Positions 18,444 through 27,855 of a stretch of DNA of 64,000 nt are shown here, in pieces. Origin of the DNA: a virus. Numbering within the stretch: the stretch's first letter is position 1; every line of letters begins with the position of its first letter. Where the stretch lies: positions 4,804-68,803 of IMG/VR virus record IMGVR_UViG_3300025122_005608; one strand, given 5' to 3'. A program made the position numbers and the translations under genes. The notes under the pieces were generated by a model. That model worked only from the letters and a program-made list of their open reading frames with translations. It had not been told where the DNA came from and made no database searches.

Positions 18444-19390
18444 AAAAAAGAAAGATGTTAGTGGTATATAATACTTGTGGTATAAAACAGGACCATCCCG
18501 AGTGGTATATCAAATGTCTTAATAGTCTTTTAAGCCAAGAATTCGAAGACTATAGGGTGGTTCTTTCCTCGTGCTTAAATAGTATGGATTGCTTTAGAGA
18601 GATTTATAATACTTTTGGCAACCAAATATCATATTGTTATCACGCCGAGCCGCACACTGTAAACATCACTTTTAATAAAACAGTTCAAGAGTGTGTGAAA
18701 CAACTGGGAGAATTTGAGAGCTACCTTTATGTCGATTCGGGCTGTACATTCGGGGAACAAAAAAATGTGTTGGCCGAAGCTTATGAAAATTTAAAAACCA
18801 ACAGCTATGGCATGTTATCCCTTCAGACTAACACAGATACAGGATTTGATCAAATAGGTTTTGATCATGAGCCTGAAGAAGTCCAAATAAAAGATGAAAA
18901 TTTTATAATACCGGTGGGGAAAGCATGTAATGCGCATGTGATTTTGCATGACAACGAGTTTCTTAAAAATTTTAATAATAAAATATGGCCCGATGTATTT
19001 GCCGCATACTGCACAGAATCCACATTTACATTTTTGTGTGCTGCCATTGAAAAGCGCTGGGCCATATTAAAGGATATCGAAATCGAGCACCATAAGTCTA
19101 TAGATGGCGCCTCTTGTAGTGTGCCTCACTGGTCTCTGGCTCATAATAATCCATGGAATAATCTATTACATGGAAGAGACGCAGCGGAATTCATCCGCGA
19201 CCCAGAGGCCCACACCGCCGGGTTGGGATATGAGGAGTGCAACAACATTATGAACCACGATTTGAATGCCTATAATGAGAGTGGATACCCCAAGGACCCC
19301 GATAAATTGATTAACAATATAAATAAATATTTTTTCTTAAATTCGGAAGAATTAGATTATGACAGAATTAAGTGTAAATTTATTTCTTGA
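18440..19390 (+). CDS. Putative GT-A glycosyltransferase
   Basis: KCLNSLLSQEF, TFNK, YLYVDSG, late His (IEHH). Confidence 0.6.
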   Translation: MKKRKMLVVYNTCGIKQDHPEWYIKCLNSLLSQEFEDYRVVLSSCLNSMDCFREIYNTFGNQISYCYHAEPHTVNITFNKTVQECVKQLGEFESYLYVDSGCTFGEQKNVLAEAYENLKTNSYGMLSLQTNTDTGFDQIGFDHEPEEVQIKDENFIIPVGKACNAHVILHDNEFLKNFNNKIWPDVFAAYCTESTFTFLCAAIEKRWAILKDIEIEHHKSIDGASCSVPHWSLAHNNPWNNLLHGRDAAEFIRDPEAHTAGLGYEECNNIMNHDLNAYNESGYPKDPDKLINNINKYFFLNSEELDYDRIKCKFIS

Positions 19391-19395
19391 GGCAA

Positions 19396-20328
19396 ATGAG
19401 AGCAAAAATGACAAAGCTTAAAATATATATTTATCCGAATGCGCGCCCACATGTGCAAGATGGTATGGGGGGTGAGTATTATAATTTGGTTCCGTTTAGC
19501 GAAAAAGGCATCAAAGAGCACTGTGAAGTGGTTACGGCGGAAGAAGCAGATTATTATTATATGGGACAAGTAAGTTGCGGCCTTCCGTTGCCGACTGAAA
19601 AAGAATTTAAATATTTTGAGGGGAATGAAGAAAAACATATAATTGATTTTGAGGGGGATTGGTTTCACAATAGTATTCCCAAGTGGTTAAAAAAATCTAT
19701 CGTTAGTGTCTCAGGTGTTAAAAAAGAATATGAAGGTATCAAAATTTTTGCACGTCCAGCAGTTTCTAATTTGTTGTTGGATGTCATCAGAAATAACAGG
19801 CAAATAAAATACACTTTGGAATCTAATAAAAGTTTTGGCTTTAAAGGATTCCCCGATCCTCGCGGTATCCGGCACAAAACGGCCAAAGCTTGCGAACTGG
19901 CCAAAGTAAAAACAAATATTGAATTCAATTCGTCATGGCAAGGAAAGACACATCCGAACAACAAGATAGTCTCTGAATATTGTAAAATGATATTACAAAA
20001 TACGTTTGCTCTTTGCCCTTCGGGCACCGGGGTCGATTCAGTTAGGTTTTTTGAAGTATGTTTTTTTTCTAGAATACCTGTTGTTGTATCGGATTCATTT
20101 ACCATGGGTCACGAGTTTAATAAAGTTAAACCATTCTACTTTCAGATCAGCCCCCACCAACCTATAGATGAAATGGCTAAAGAGTTAATGGAAGTTGAAC
20201 AAATATCTCTTGATAAAGTAAAAGAAATGAGCTATAATGCTAAAGAGTTTTTCGAAATTAAAATGAGAAAATATTTTGAAGATCCTACATTACAATTTAT
20301 TGAGTGGTTAAAAGAAAATGACAACTAA
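19396..20328 (+). CDS. Exostosin-like (GT47) glycosyltransferase
   Basis: KIYIY at the N-terminus; FALCPSG.G..SVRFFE.....IPVVVSD signature; start could be 19396 or 19408. Confidence 0.8.
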   Translation: MRAKMTKLKIYIYPNARPHVQDGMGGEYYNLVPFSEKGIKEHCEVVTAEEADYYYMGQVSCGLPLPTEKEFKYFEGNEEKHIIDFEGDWFHNSIPKWLKKSIVSVSGVKKEYEGIKIFARPAVSNLLLDVIRNNRQIKYTLESNKSFGFKGFPDPRGIRHKTAKACELAKVKTNIEFNSSWQGKTHPNNKIVSEYCKMILQNTFALCPSGTGVDSVRFFEVCFFSRIPVVVSDSFTMGHEFNKVKPFYFQISPHQPIDEMAKELMEVEQISLDKVKEMSYNAKEFFEIKMRKYFEDPTLQFIEWLKENDN

Positions 20329-21814
20329 AAATATTTGCCTAATTACGCCGCCCTCTCCTTTTTTGTTAGACGAAAGAGTTTTTATGCATATTGGCATCTT
20401 AAAGGTAGCTTCGGCTTTAGAACAAAGGGGGTATAAGGTTGATTTTTTGGATCTAAGTGGCGTCAATAATTATTTAAATGTTTTAGATGATTATTTAGCG
20501 ATGGAAGGTAGTTCCAAAATTATTGGTATTACTGCCACCACCCCTCAAGTCCCATACGCAGTAAAAATTGGCCATCATATTGGGGGTAGGGTTGATAAAT
20601 TAATATTGGGGGGCCCTCATGTAACTCTCATGAACGCAGCTGCCAAGAGAGAGAAGAAGAAAAATTTTGTGGGAAGCGACCGCGCTACCAAAGACCTGGA
20701 GCAGCTTGGGAAAATATTTGATATTTTAGTTTGCGGAGACGGGGAGTTGGCTGTTTTTGAAGCGTTGGAACTGGAAGAGGGTATTGTAGACGCCGATGAC
20801 AGAAAATCCAAACTCTTTTTAAGTAACGATAATTTTACCGAATTACCGCTACCAGCTAGGCACTTGGTAGATGTGGATTCTTATCAATACTTTATTGAGG
20901 GCGAAAGAGCAATAAGTTTGATAGCTCAGTTGGGATGCCCGTTTCATTGTACGTTTTGTAGTGGAAGAAACTCTCCTTTTTTAAGAAAAATCCGCGTCAG
21001 ATCGACCGATTCGGTGATACGAGAAATAGAACATTTATATAAGACTTATGATATGAAAGGGTTCATGCTTTATGATGATGAACTGAATGTCAATAAGCAG
21101 ATGGTACCTTTGATGAAAGAGATTAAAAATCTCCAAAAAAAGTATAATACCGAGTTTAAATTACGTGGGTTTATCAAGGCCGAATTGTTTAATGACGATC
21201 AAGCTGAAGCTATGTACGAGGCTGGATTTAGATGGCTCTTGACTGGCTTTGAATCCGGCGATGAAAGGATATTGTTTAATATTAGAAAAAACGCGACTCG
21301 CGATGATAATACTCGGTGTGTAGAAATTGGTAAGAAGCATGGGCTTAAAGTCAAAGCTCTAATGTCAATTGGGCACGCTGGTGAAAGTTCCGAGACTATT
21401 GCCAACACAAAAAAATGGCTCTTAGAGACAAAGCCAGATGATTTTGATTGCACAATTATCACCACATATCCCGGCTCTCCTTATTTTGATGATGCCGTCT
21501 TCGATGGCAAGCGCTATGTGTACACCGATCCTAAAAATGGAGATCGTCTATATCAGGCGCAATTAGATTATTGTGTGGATCAAGATTATTATAAAGGCGC
21601 TCCTGATGGGGGATATATATCGTATGTTTGGACCGATCATATTTCAGCGGAAGATCTTGTACAAGAGCGGGAAAAATTAGAAAAAGAAGTTAGGAAAAAA
21701 TTAAATATTCCATTTAATCCTTCTAGGTCCGGTCTAGTTCATGATCATTCGATGGGGATGGGCAATATACCTGACCACATTTTAAGAAATTCTTTAAGGG
21801 GTGCCGCACCGTAA
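20318..21814 (+). CDS. Cobalamin-binding radical SAM protein
   Basis: IGITATT, ILGGPH, GDGE, LPARHL, GCPFHCTFC, GFESG, YPGS. Confidence 0.92.
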   Translation: MTTKNICLITPPSPFLLDERVFMHIGILKVASALEQRGYKVDFLDLSGVNNYLNVLDDYLAMEGSSKIIGITATTPQVPYAVKIGHHIGGRVDKLILGGPHVTLMNAAAKREKKKNFVGSDRATKDLEQLGKIFDILVCGDGELAVFEALELEEGIVDADDRKSKLFLSNDNFTELPLPARHLVDVDSYQYFIEGERAISLIAQLGCPFHCTFCSGRNSPFLRKIRVRSTDSVIREIEHLYKTYDMKGFMLYDDELNVNKQMVPLMKEIKNLQKKYNTEFKLRGFIKAELFNDDQAEAMYEAGFRWLLTGFESGDERILFNIRKNATRDDNTRCVEIGKKHGLKVKALMSIGHAGESSETIANTKKWLLETKPDDFDCTIITTYPGSPYFDDAVFDGKRYVYTDPKNGDRLYQAQLDYCVDQDYYKGAPDGGYISYVWTDHISAEDLVQEREKLEKEVRKKLNIPFNPSRSGLVHDHSMGMGNIPDHILRNSLRGAAP

Positions 21815-22827
21815 TGATTAATATTATTTCAATGAAAGAAGATCACACTATGTATGATGTTTTAAGGGCAATAAGTAAGGGCGTGGACCACGACATCAAC
21901 ATATTGGGGTTAGATTCTCCAGATGGTATTAATCATTCGATATATTTAAGCCCCAAGAATTTTGAATTACCTTTTTTGTTATATTTGGAAGAACCCAATA
22001 CGTTCGATGGGGTACATGCGGATCCCCTAGTTACCCCACCTTGGGCTCCTGTGCCGATGGAAGTGCTGTCTTTGTTTCTAGACAATAAAAACTTTATGGG
22101 ATTCGTAAGTCACCTTAAAGACACATGCCGCATATTATTGACGAAATATAAAACAAATTGTTATCATCTCCCGCTCTCTTCTTCAGAAAAAAATTTAAAT
22201 TTGATAAGGCAAAGAATCAAATCGCTCAAAAAAGATAGGCCGATCAATTTATATGCTTCTAGCAGTTGGAGCGACTTTAGAGGTAACAATTTTTTTAATC
22301 GCGGCGGCCGAATAATTGACGAATTGGTCACCATATTATTAGACAACAATATTAATGTTAAATTAACCTATAGATCTCCCACCCCTATGAAGTGTAAAAC
22401 TCTGCACCCTACAAGGGTAGACGTTATTTCTGAATATTTAAGCCGCGATAAGTTAGAAGAGCTTATGGCACAACAAGATATATATTTGCTTCCGTCCAAA
22501 CAAGTACATTCCGCATCGCTAACTGAGGCTTTTTCTTATGGTATGCCTTCTGTTGTTAGTACTGGGTGGGGTATCTCTGAATTTTGCTTTGATGGCTTTA
22601 ATTCGCTGATACACAGAGTAGAAGATTTCAGCTCCCCTGCGGGCTGTTTTTCCTATTTGAACAATATTATTCCTCGTATTAAAAATTTGTGCGAAAACCG
22701 GGAATTATTGATCACAAAATCAGAAAACATTTTAGCATGGTATAAGGTAAATCATTCTAGAGAGAATCATAGAAACAATTTTACAAACTTAATGGACCAT
22801 ATTGTGCGCCAACATGGAGGAGATTGA
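21814..22827 (+). CDS. Divergent GT-B (GT4-like) glycosyltransferase
   Basis: DIYLLPS......LTEAFSYGMPSV and DGFNSL. Confidence 0.75.
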   Translation: MINIISMKEDHTMYDVLRAISKGVDHDINILGLDSPDGINHSIYLSPKNFELPFLLYLEEPNTFDGVHADPLVTPPWAPVPMEVLSLFLDNKNFMGFVSHLKDTCRILLTKYKTNCYHLPLSSSEKNLNLIRQRIKSLKKDRPINLYASSSWSDFRGNNFFNRGGRIIDELVTILLDNNINVKLTYRSPTPMKCKTLHPTRVDVISEYLSRDKLEELMAQQDIYLLPSKQVHSASLTEAFSYGMPSVVSTGWGISEFCFDGFNSLIHRVEDFSSPAGCFSYLNNIIPRIKNLCENRELLITKSENILAWYKVNHSRENHRNNFTNLMDHIVRQHGGD

Positions 22828-22829
22828 AT

Positions 22830-23534
22830 ATGAAAGCGTCCTTTTTACTGCCCACCAAAAATACGGAGCGACCAAATGAAGAATTTGTTCATAAGGTTAT
22901 AGAGAGCATCAACGCAAACTGCTCTTATGAAAAAGAAATTTTAGTTTTTTCGCCGGAACCGGTTGAGGGGGAAAATGTAACATGGTTCAAAGAGGAAGAA
23001 ATTAGTGGTGGGTCCATTTATCCACTTAATTTTTTGTGCACTAAGAGCAAAGGAGAATATGTTTTCGTTGCTAACGATGAGTATATGTTTTCCAACATGT
23101 CACCGGACAAGGCGATAAGAATTTTGGATTCTTCTTATTATGAAGACAAGAAATTTAAGATTTTAGGGATGGGGTCTCCTATACCTTCTTTCCCGAATGC
23201 ACATTATACCCATGGGTATACTAGCATACCCACCTTTGGCTTCGATAAACATACATATAGAATTTGCGGTTATCCAGTACTTCACAGGGATACAATTGAT
23301 AAACAGTTGGGCGGATACATATATCATCCTAAATTTATTCATCACTACGGAGACAATTATATGCCCCTTTATGCTGGGTTCATGGGCGAACCGATAAATG
23401 ATTGTCCCTCATCCGATTTGAGATTGGTAGGTACGAAAAATATTACCTATGATGATAAAACGGCCCACGATGCTGAGATTTATAAACAATTGTTTCATGA
23501 TCTTGTGGAAGAAAGAAATTTAAATTATGTATGA
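22830..23534 (+). CDS. Putative GT-A (GT2-like) glycosyltransferase
   Basis: SFLLPT, SKGEYVFVANDE, HYGDNY; GGAGG RBS; paralog of 17709-18443. Confidence 0.65.
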   Translation: MKASFLLPTKNTERPNEEFVHKVIESINANCSYEKEILVFSPEPVEGENVTWFKEEEISGGSIYPLNFLCTKSKGEYVFVANDEYMFSNMSPDKAIRILDSSYYEDKKFKILGMGSPIPSFPNAHYTHGYTSIPTFGFDKHTYRICGYPVLHRDTIDKQLGGYIYHPKFIHHYGDNYMPLYAGFMGEPINDCPSSDLRLVGTKNITYDDKTAHDAEIYKQLFHDLVEERNLNYV

Positions 23535-24072
23535 AAATCATATATCTTTTTTGAAAAATAAGGAAGAAAGCCAAACTATTAAAGATTTAGTTGTGGCGGA
23601 TTTGGACCCTTTCGAAGACGACCGTGGTCAAATATGGACCTTATATAATACACAAGATTGGAATATGAGGTTTGTGGAAGATAAAATATCTATTTCTACC
23701 CATAATGTGCTTAGAGGCTTACATGGGGACAAGACTACATGGAAACTAATTGGTTGTTTAAGTGGAAGTTTTTTCCTAGCCGTTGTGGACGGTAGAGAAA
23801 ATTCGCCTACCTATGGAAATATTGAAACCTTTACCCTTAGTGCACAAAAACCTCAATTGATTTTAGTACCGGCTGGGTGCTTGAATGGTCATTTATGCTT
23901 AACCGATCAATGTATTTTTTGGTATAAATGGTCTGAGTACTATAACGGGCCTAAGAATCAGGTTACAATCAGGTGGGACGATAAAGATATTAATATTAAT
24001 TGGCCATACAGTAGCCCAATCATTTCTGAAAGGGATGCAAATGGCATAGATTTTAAAGGACTAAAATTATGA
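23527..24072 (+). CDS. rfbC: dTDP-4-dehydrorhamnose 3,5-epimerase (RmlC family)
   Basis: FEDDRG, VLRGLH, VDGRENSPTYG, NGH, IRWDD...INWP...SERD. Confidence 0.9.
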   Translation: MYENHISFLKNKEESQTIKDLVVADLDPFEDDRGQIWTLYNTQDWNMRFVEDKISISTHNVLRGLHGDKTTWKLIGCLSGSFFLAVVDGRENSPTYGNIETFTLSAQKPQLILVPAGCLNGHLCLTDQCIFWYKWSEYYNGPKNQVTIRWDDKDININWPYSSPIISERDANGIDFKGLKL

Positions 24073-25232
24073 AAATTAAATTTCCATTAGCAAAAGAAAC
24101 TATAAATAACCAAGATATCGATGCTCTTTGCGAGTGGCTGAAAACTTATCCACGCTTAACAAAAGACAAACTAACATGGGAAGTTGAGGAGCAGTGGGCC
24201 GAGTATATTGGTACCGAGCATGCAGTTTTTAACAATTCAGGATCTTCAGCAAACCTTTTAATGATTGCGGCAGCGCTTCAAGCTGGTCGAATTCCTAATA
24301 AAAAAATTGTTGTTCCTTCTGTCGGGTGGGTAACTACAATTTCTCCCGCCATTCAGCTTGGGTTACACCCAATTATGGTGGGCGCAGATAAAGATACTTT
24401 TGGTATTGATTTGGACCAATTAGAGGAGGTATGCGAGCGCGAAAGACCCGACGCTGTTATTTTTGTACAAGTATTAGGTGTTCCTCATTACAAAGAACGC
24501 ATTTTGCAGTTAAAGGAAAAATATGGATTTATTTTGCTAGAGGACGCTTGTGCCGCCCTGGGCGCCGCATATGAAGATGGATCGATGGTCGGTACTGTGG
24601 GGGATATGTCCTCTTTTTCTTTCTATTTTGGACATCAACTTTCAACAATTGAGGGGGGAATGGTCAACACGGGCGATAAAGAGCTATATGAAATGCTTTT
24701 AATGCTACGGTCTCATGGATGGGCTAAAGATTTATCTAAAGAATCGTCTGACAAGTTAATGACGAAATATGAAATTGATGATTTTCATAGTCCATTCACG
24801 TTTTTCGTCCCCGGGTATAACCTCAGATCTACAGACCTTCAAGCTTTTTTGGGCATAAGGCAAGTTAAAAAAGCTTCTTGGGCTGCTGAAAACAGAAATA
24901 GAAATCATCAGCTTTATGCGGAAAAGTTGGAAGGCCACGTTGAATTCCAAAAGTGGGGGGCTGATTGCCCTGTTTCTATTTCTTTTGGAGCTTTGGCAAC
25001 CAGTACGGAGCATCGAAAAAATATTGTAACGCGGTTAGTAGAAAATGGTGTAGAAACTCGTATTTTTAGTGCGGGCAATTTAGGCTTACATCCTTTTTGG
25101 GCCGATATGTATGGAGAATTTCATGATGAAGTGAGTGACCGCATTCACTCTTGTGGCTTCTTTTTACCCAATTATCCCGAACTTACCGAACAAGAAATTA
25201 ATTTGATTTGCGAAATTGTCAAGGATGCTTAA
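24069..25232 (+). CDS. DegT/DnrJ-fold PLP/PMP enzyme, ColD-like NDP-4-keto-6-deoxyhexose 3-dehydratase
   Basis: NSGSSANL, EDAC, SFYFGH (His at the usual Schiff-base Lys position), EGG, LRSHGW, GYNLR. Confidence 0.8.
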   Translation: MKIKFPLAKETINNQDIDALCEWLKTYPRLTKDKLTWEVEEQWAEYIGTEHAVFNNSGSSANLLMIAAALQAGRIPNKKIVVPSVGWVTTISPAIQLGLHPIMVGADKDTFGIDLDQLEEVCERERPDAVIFVQVLGVPHYKERILQLKEKYGFILLEDACAALGAAYEDGSMVGTVGDMSSFSFYFGHQLSTIEGGMVNTGDKELYEMLLMLRSHGWAKDLSKESSDKLMTKYEIDDFHSPFTFFVPGYNLRSTDLQAFLGIRQVKKASWAAENRNRNHQLYAEKLEGHVEFQKWGADCPVSISFGALATSTEHRKNIVTRLVENGVETRIFSAGNLGLHPFWADMYGEFHDEVSDRIHSCGFFLPNYPELTEQEINLICEIVKDA

Positions 25233-25234
25233 AC

Positions 25235-25978
25235 ATGAAAATTTTAGTTGTAGGAGAGGGGTGTCGAGATATTTTTAATTATGGAGTGTGTAACAGATTG
25301 TGTCCAGAGGCGCCTGTTCCTGTTTTCAATTCTATAAGAACCGTGGAAAATGGGGGAATGGCCATAAATGTCCAGAAAAATTTATTAAAATTAGGAGCCA
25401 CTGTTGAACTCTTGACTAATAATAACTGGAAAGATATCACTAAAACGCGATTTATTGATCAGCGCGCCAATCATATGTTCATGAGACTTGATTGTAACGA
25501 TAACAAGTATAGGAAAAGGAATGCTCGAACAAAGATAAAAAATATTGATTATAATAAATATGATGCTATTATTGTTTCTGATTATAATAAAGGATTTTTG
25601 TCGGAAGAAGACATTTATTTTATCTCGTCTCGGCACCCTCTGGTATTTTTAGACACCAAAAAAGTGTTGGGCTCTTGGTGTGAAAAAATGACTTTTATTA
25701 AAATTAACAATTATGAGTATGAAAAGACCGCTCATAAATTAGAGCCTAATATCAAAGACAAGTTGATTGTTACTCTCGGACCCGAAGGGGCACGCTACAA
25801 CGATATTATCTATCCGGTTACCCAAGTTGATATTAAAGATGTTTCGGGTGCCGGCGACACTTTTATAGCCGCATTGGCAATAAAGTATGTAGAAACAAAA
25901 GACATAGGTGAGGCTATAATATTTGCTAATGAATGTGCTACGGAAGTTGTGCAAAAACCCGGTGTAAGTGTCATATGA
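25235..25978 (+). CDS. PfkB-family heptose-7-phosphate kinase (RfaE/HldE domain I-like)
   Basis: RLCPEAPVPV, GGMAINV, SDYNKG, DVSGAGDTF. Confidence 0.88.
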   Translation: MKILVVGEGCRDIFNYGVCNRLCPEAPVPVFNSIRTVENGGMAINVQKNLLKLGATVELLTNNNWKDITKTRFIDQRANHMFMRLDCNDNKYRKRNARTKIKNIDYNKYDAIIVSDYNKGFLSEEDIYFISSRHPLVFLDTKKVLGSWCEKMTFIKINNYEYEKTAHKLEPNIKDKLIVTLGPEGARYNDIIYPVTQVDIKDVSGAGDTFIAALAIKYVETKDIGEAIIFANECATEVVQKPGVSVI

Positions 25979-26358
25979 GGACTGTTTTTACTAATGGGTG
26001 TTTTGACATATTACATCGAGGGCACATGGAATTACTAAGATATTGCAGGACCTTGGGGTATGTCGTCGTTGGCCTTAACAGCGATTCAAGCGTGCGCAAG
26101 TTAAAGGGCACCGACCGCCCCTTTTTTTCTCAACAAGACCGACAATTTGTGTTACAATCATGTAAGTATGTTGATGAGGTGATCATTTTTGATGAAGAGA
26201 CACCGTTCGAGTTAATAAAAGAAGTTAAGCCTGATATAATTGTTAAAGGAGGCGATTACAAAGTGGAAAACGTTGTAGGAAATAACTTCACAGAAGTAAG
26301 AATATTTAATTATATTGATGGCTATTCAACTACCAAAGTACTGGAGAACAATAAGTGA
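25975..26358 (+). CDS. Heptose-1-phosphate adenylyltransferase (RfaE/HldE domain II-like)
   Basis: FTNGCFDILHRGH, VGLNSDSSVRKLKG..RP, KGGDY, STT. Confidence 0.9.
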   Translation: MRTVFTNGCFDILHRGHMELLRYCRTLGYVVVGLNSDSSVRKLKGTDRPFFSQQDRQFVLQSCKYVDEVIIFDEETPFELIKEVKPDIIVKGGDYKVENVVGNNFTEVRIFNYIDGYSTTKVLENNK

Positions 26359-26687
26359 CATATGTTTTTGATATTGACGGCACCATCTGTGTGAAAATGT
26401 GCGAAAATGATGGAGATTTTTATCATGAGACCACCCCCTTTGTTGATAGAATCGAAAAAATCAACCAGCTTTATGATGAAGGGCACACCATCTTTTATAT
26501 GACGGCCAGGGGAATGGGGCGTCATAATAATAATTCGGCTTTTGCAATTGAAGAATTTTACGAATTAACCTCTGCACAACTAAAATCGTGGGGGGCTAAA
26601 TATCATCATCTATTTTTAGGCAAACCAGCGGCTGATTTTTATATAGATGACAAGGGAATAAACGATGAGCAATTCTTTGCCAATTAA
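26355..26687 (+). CDS. Small HAD-superfamily phosphatase (capsule-biosynthesis type)
   Basis: FDIDGTIC, TARG, GKP.AD.YIDDK. Confidence 0.85.
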   Translation: MTYVFDIDGTICVKMCENDGDFYHETTPFVDRIEKINQLYDEGHTIFYMTARGMGRHNNNSAFAIEEFYELTSAQLKSWGAKYHHLFLGKPAADFYIDDKGINDEQFFAN

Positions 26688-27024
26688 ATTTGTCCCAAAG
26701 GGTTGGGGTTTCGAAAAATGGATTGTGAATTGTGAACAGTATTGTGGCAAACTGCTTTATTTTGTAAAAGGCAAACGATGTTCCTGGCATTATCACAAAA
26801 TAAAGGATGAGGTATTTTATGTGCAATCGGGAAAGTTACTCGTTAAATATTCCGACAGCGATAATTTAGAAACAGCAGGAGAAATTATTTTAAAGCAAGG
26901 AGATAATTTTCATGTATATACGGGGTTGCGTCACCAAATGATAGCCTTGGAAGATACAGAACTTTTTGAATTTTCTACCCAACATTTTGATAGCGATAGT
27001 TATAGGGTTATAAAGGGGGATTAG
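26665..27024 (+). CDS. Cupin (sugar-phosphate isomerase-like)
   Basis: KGWG.E, SWHYH..KDE.FY, RHQM, EFST. Confidence 0.8.
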   Translation: MSNSLPIKFVPKGWGFEKWIVNCEQYCGKLLYFVKGKRCSWHYHKIKDEVFYVQSGKLLVKYSDSDNLETAGEIILKQGDNFHVYTGLRHQMIALEDTELFEFSTQHFDSDSYRVIKGD

Positions 27025-27027
27025 ACG

Positions 27028-27855
27028 ATGATAGGTGTTGTAGGACGCGGATTTGTGGGCACAGCCGTTTATGAAGGGTTTAAGAAACATTACCCGGTAG
27101 AAACATACGATAAATATAGAGAATCTAGTTGTCAATCATTAGAAGAATTGTGTTCGAAAACTAATTTTATTTTTATATGTGTGCCAACTCCCATGAAAAG
27201 GGATGGTTCGTGTGATTTGCGGATTGTGGATAATGTCATTTCGGAGATTGAATCGTTTGGAAATGAGAAGATTTTAATTTTGAAATCGACGGTCCCACCA
27301 GGCACAACTGCAGCTTTAAATAATTATTATAAAAATGTGAAAATTGTTTTTAATCCTGAATTCTTAACAGAAGCCAATCATTTAGAGGATTTTAAAAATC
27401 AAAATAGAATAATTATTGGTGGTCCACGCCCATATTCCACCAAGGTTAAAACTTTATTTAAAAAAGCATTTTCAACTATTCCTATTATTAAAACCCACTC
27501 TACGATTGCTGAAACGGTTAAGTATTTTTTGAATTGTTTCTTGGCCACAAAAGTGAGTTTCGCAAATGAAATGAAAAATTATTGTGATTCAATTGAGGTC
27601 GATTATGATAAGGTAGTGGAATATGCCTTATATGATGAGAGAATAGGAAAAACGCATTTACACGCCCCAGGACCAGATGGAAAATTGGGGTTCGGAGGAT
27701 CGTGTTTTCCGAAAGATGTGAATGCTTTGATTTATGAAATGGAAAAACAAGATTTAAACCCCACTATCTTGAAAGCCATATGGGATCAGAATCTGAGACT
27801 GCGCCCCGAAAAAGATTGGGAACGGCTTAAAGGACGAGCGGTTACATATGAATAA
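27028..27855 (+). CDS. ugd: UDP-glucose/GDP-mannose dehydrogenase family (short form)
   Basis: GRGFVG, CVPTP, KSTVPPG, NPEFL, GFGGSCFPKD. Confidence 0.88.
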   Translation: MIGVVGRGFVGTAVYEGFKKHYPVETYDKYRESSCQSLEELCSKTNFIFICVPTPMKRDGSCDLRIVDNVISEIESFGNEKILILKSTVPPGTTAALNNYYKNVKIVFNPEFLTEANHLEDFKNQNRIIIGGPRPYSTKVKTLFKKAFSTIPIIKTHSTIAETVKYFLNCFLATKVSFANEMKNYCDSIEVDYDKVVEYALYDERIGKTHLHAPGPDGKLGFGGSCFPKDVNALIYEMEKQDLNPTILKAIWDQNLRLRPEKDWERLKGRAVTYE

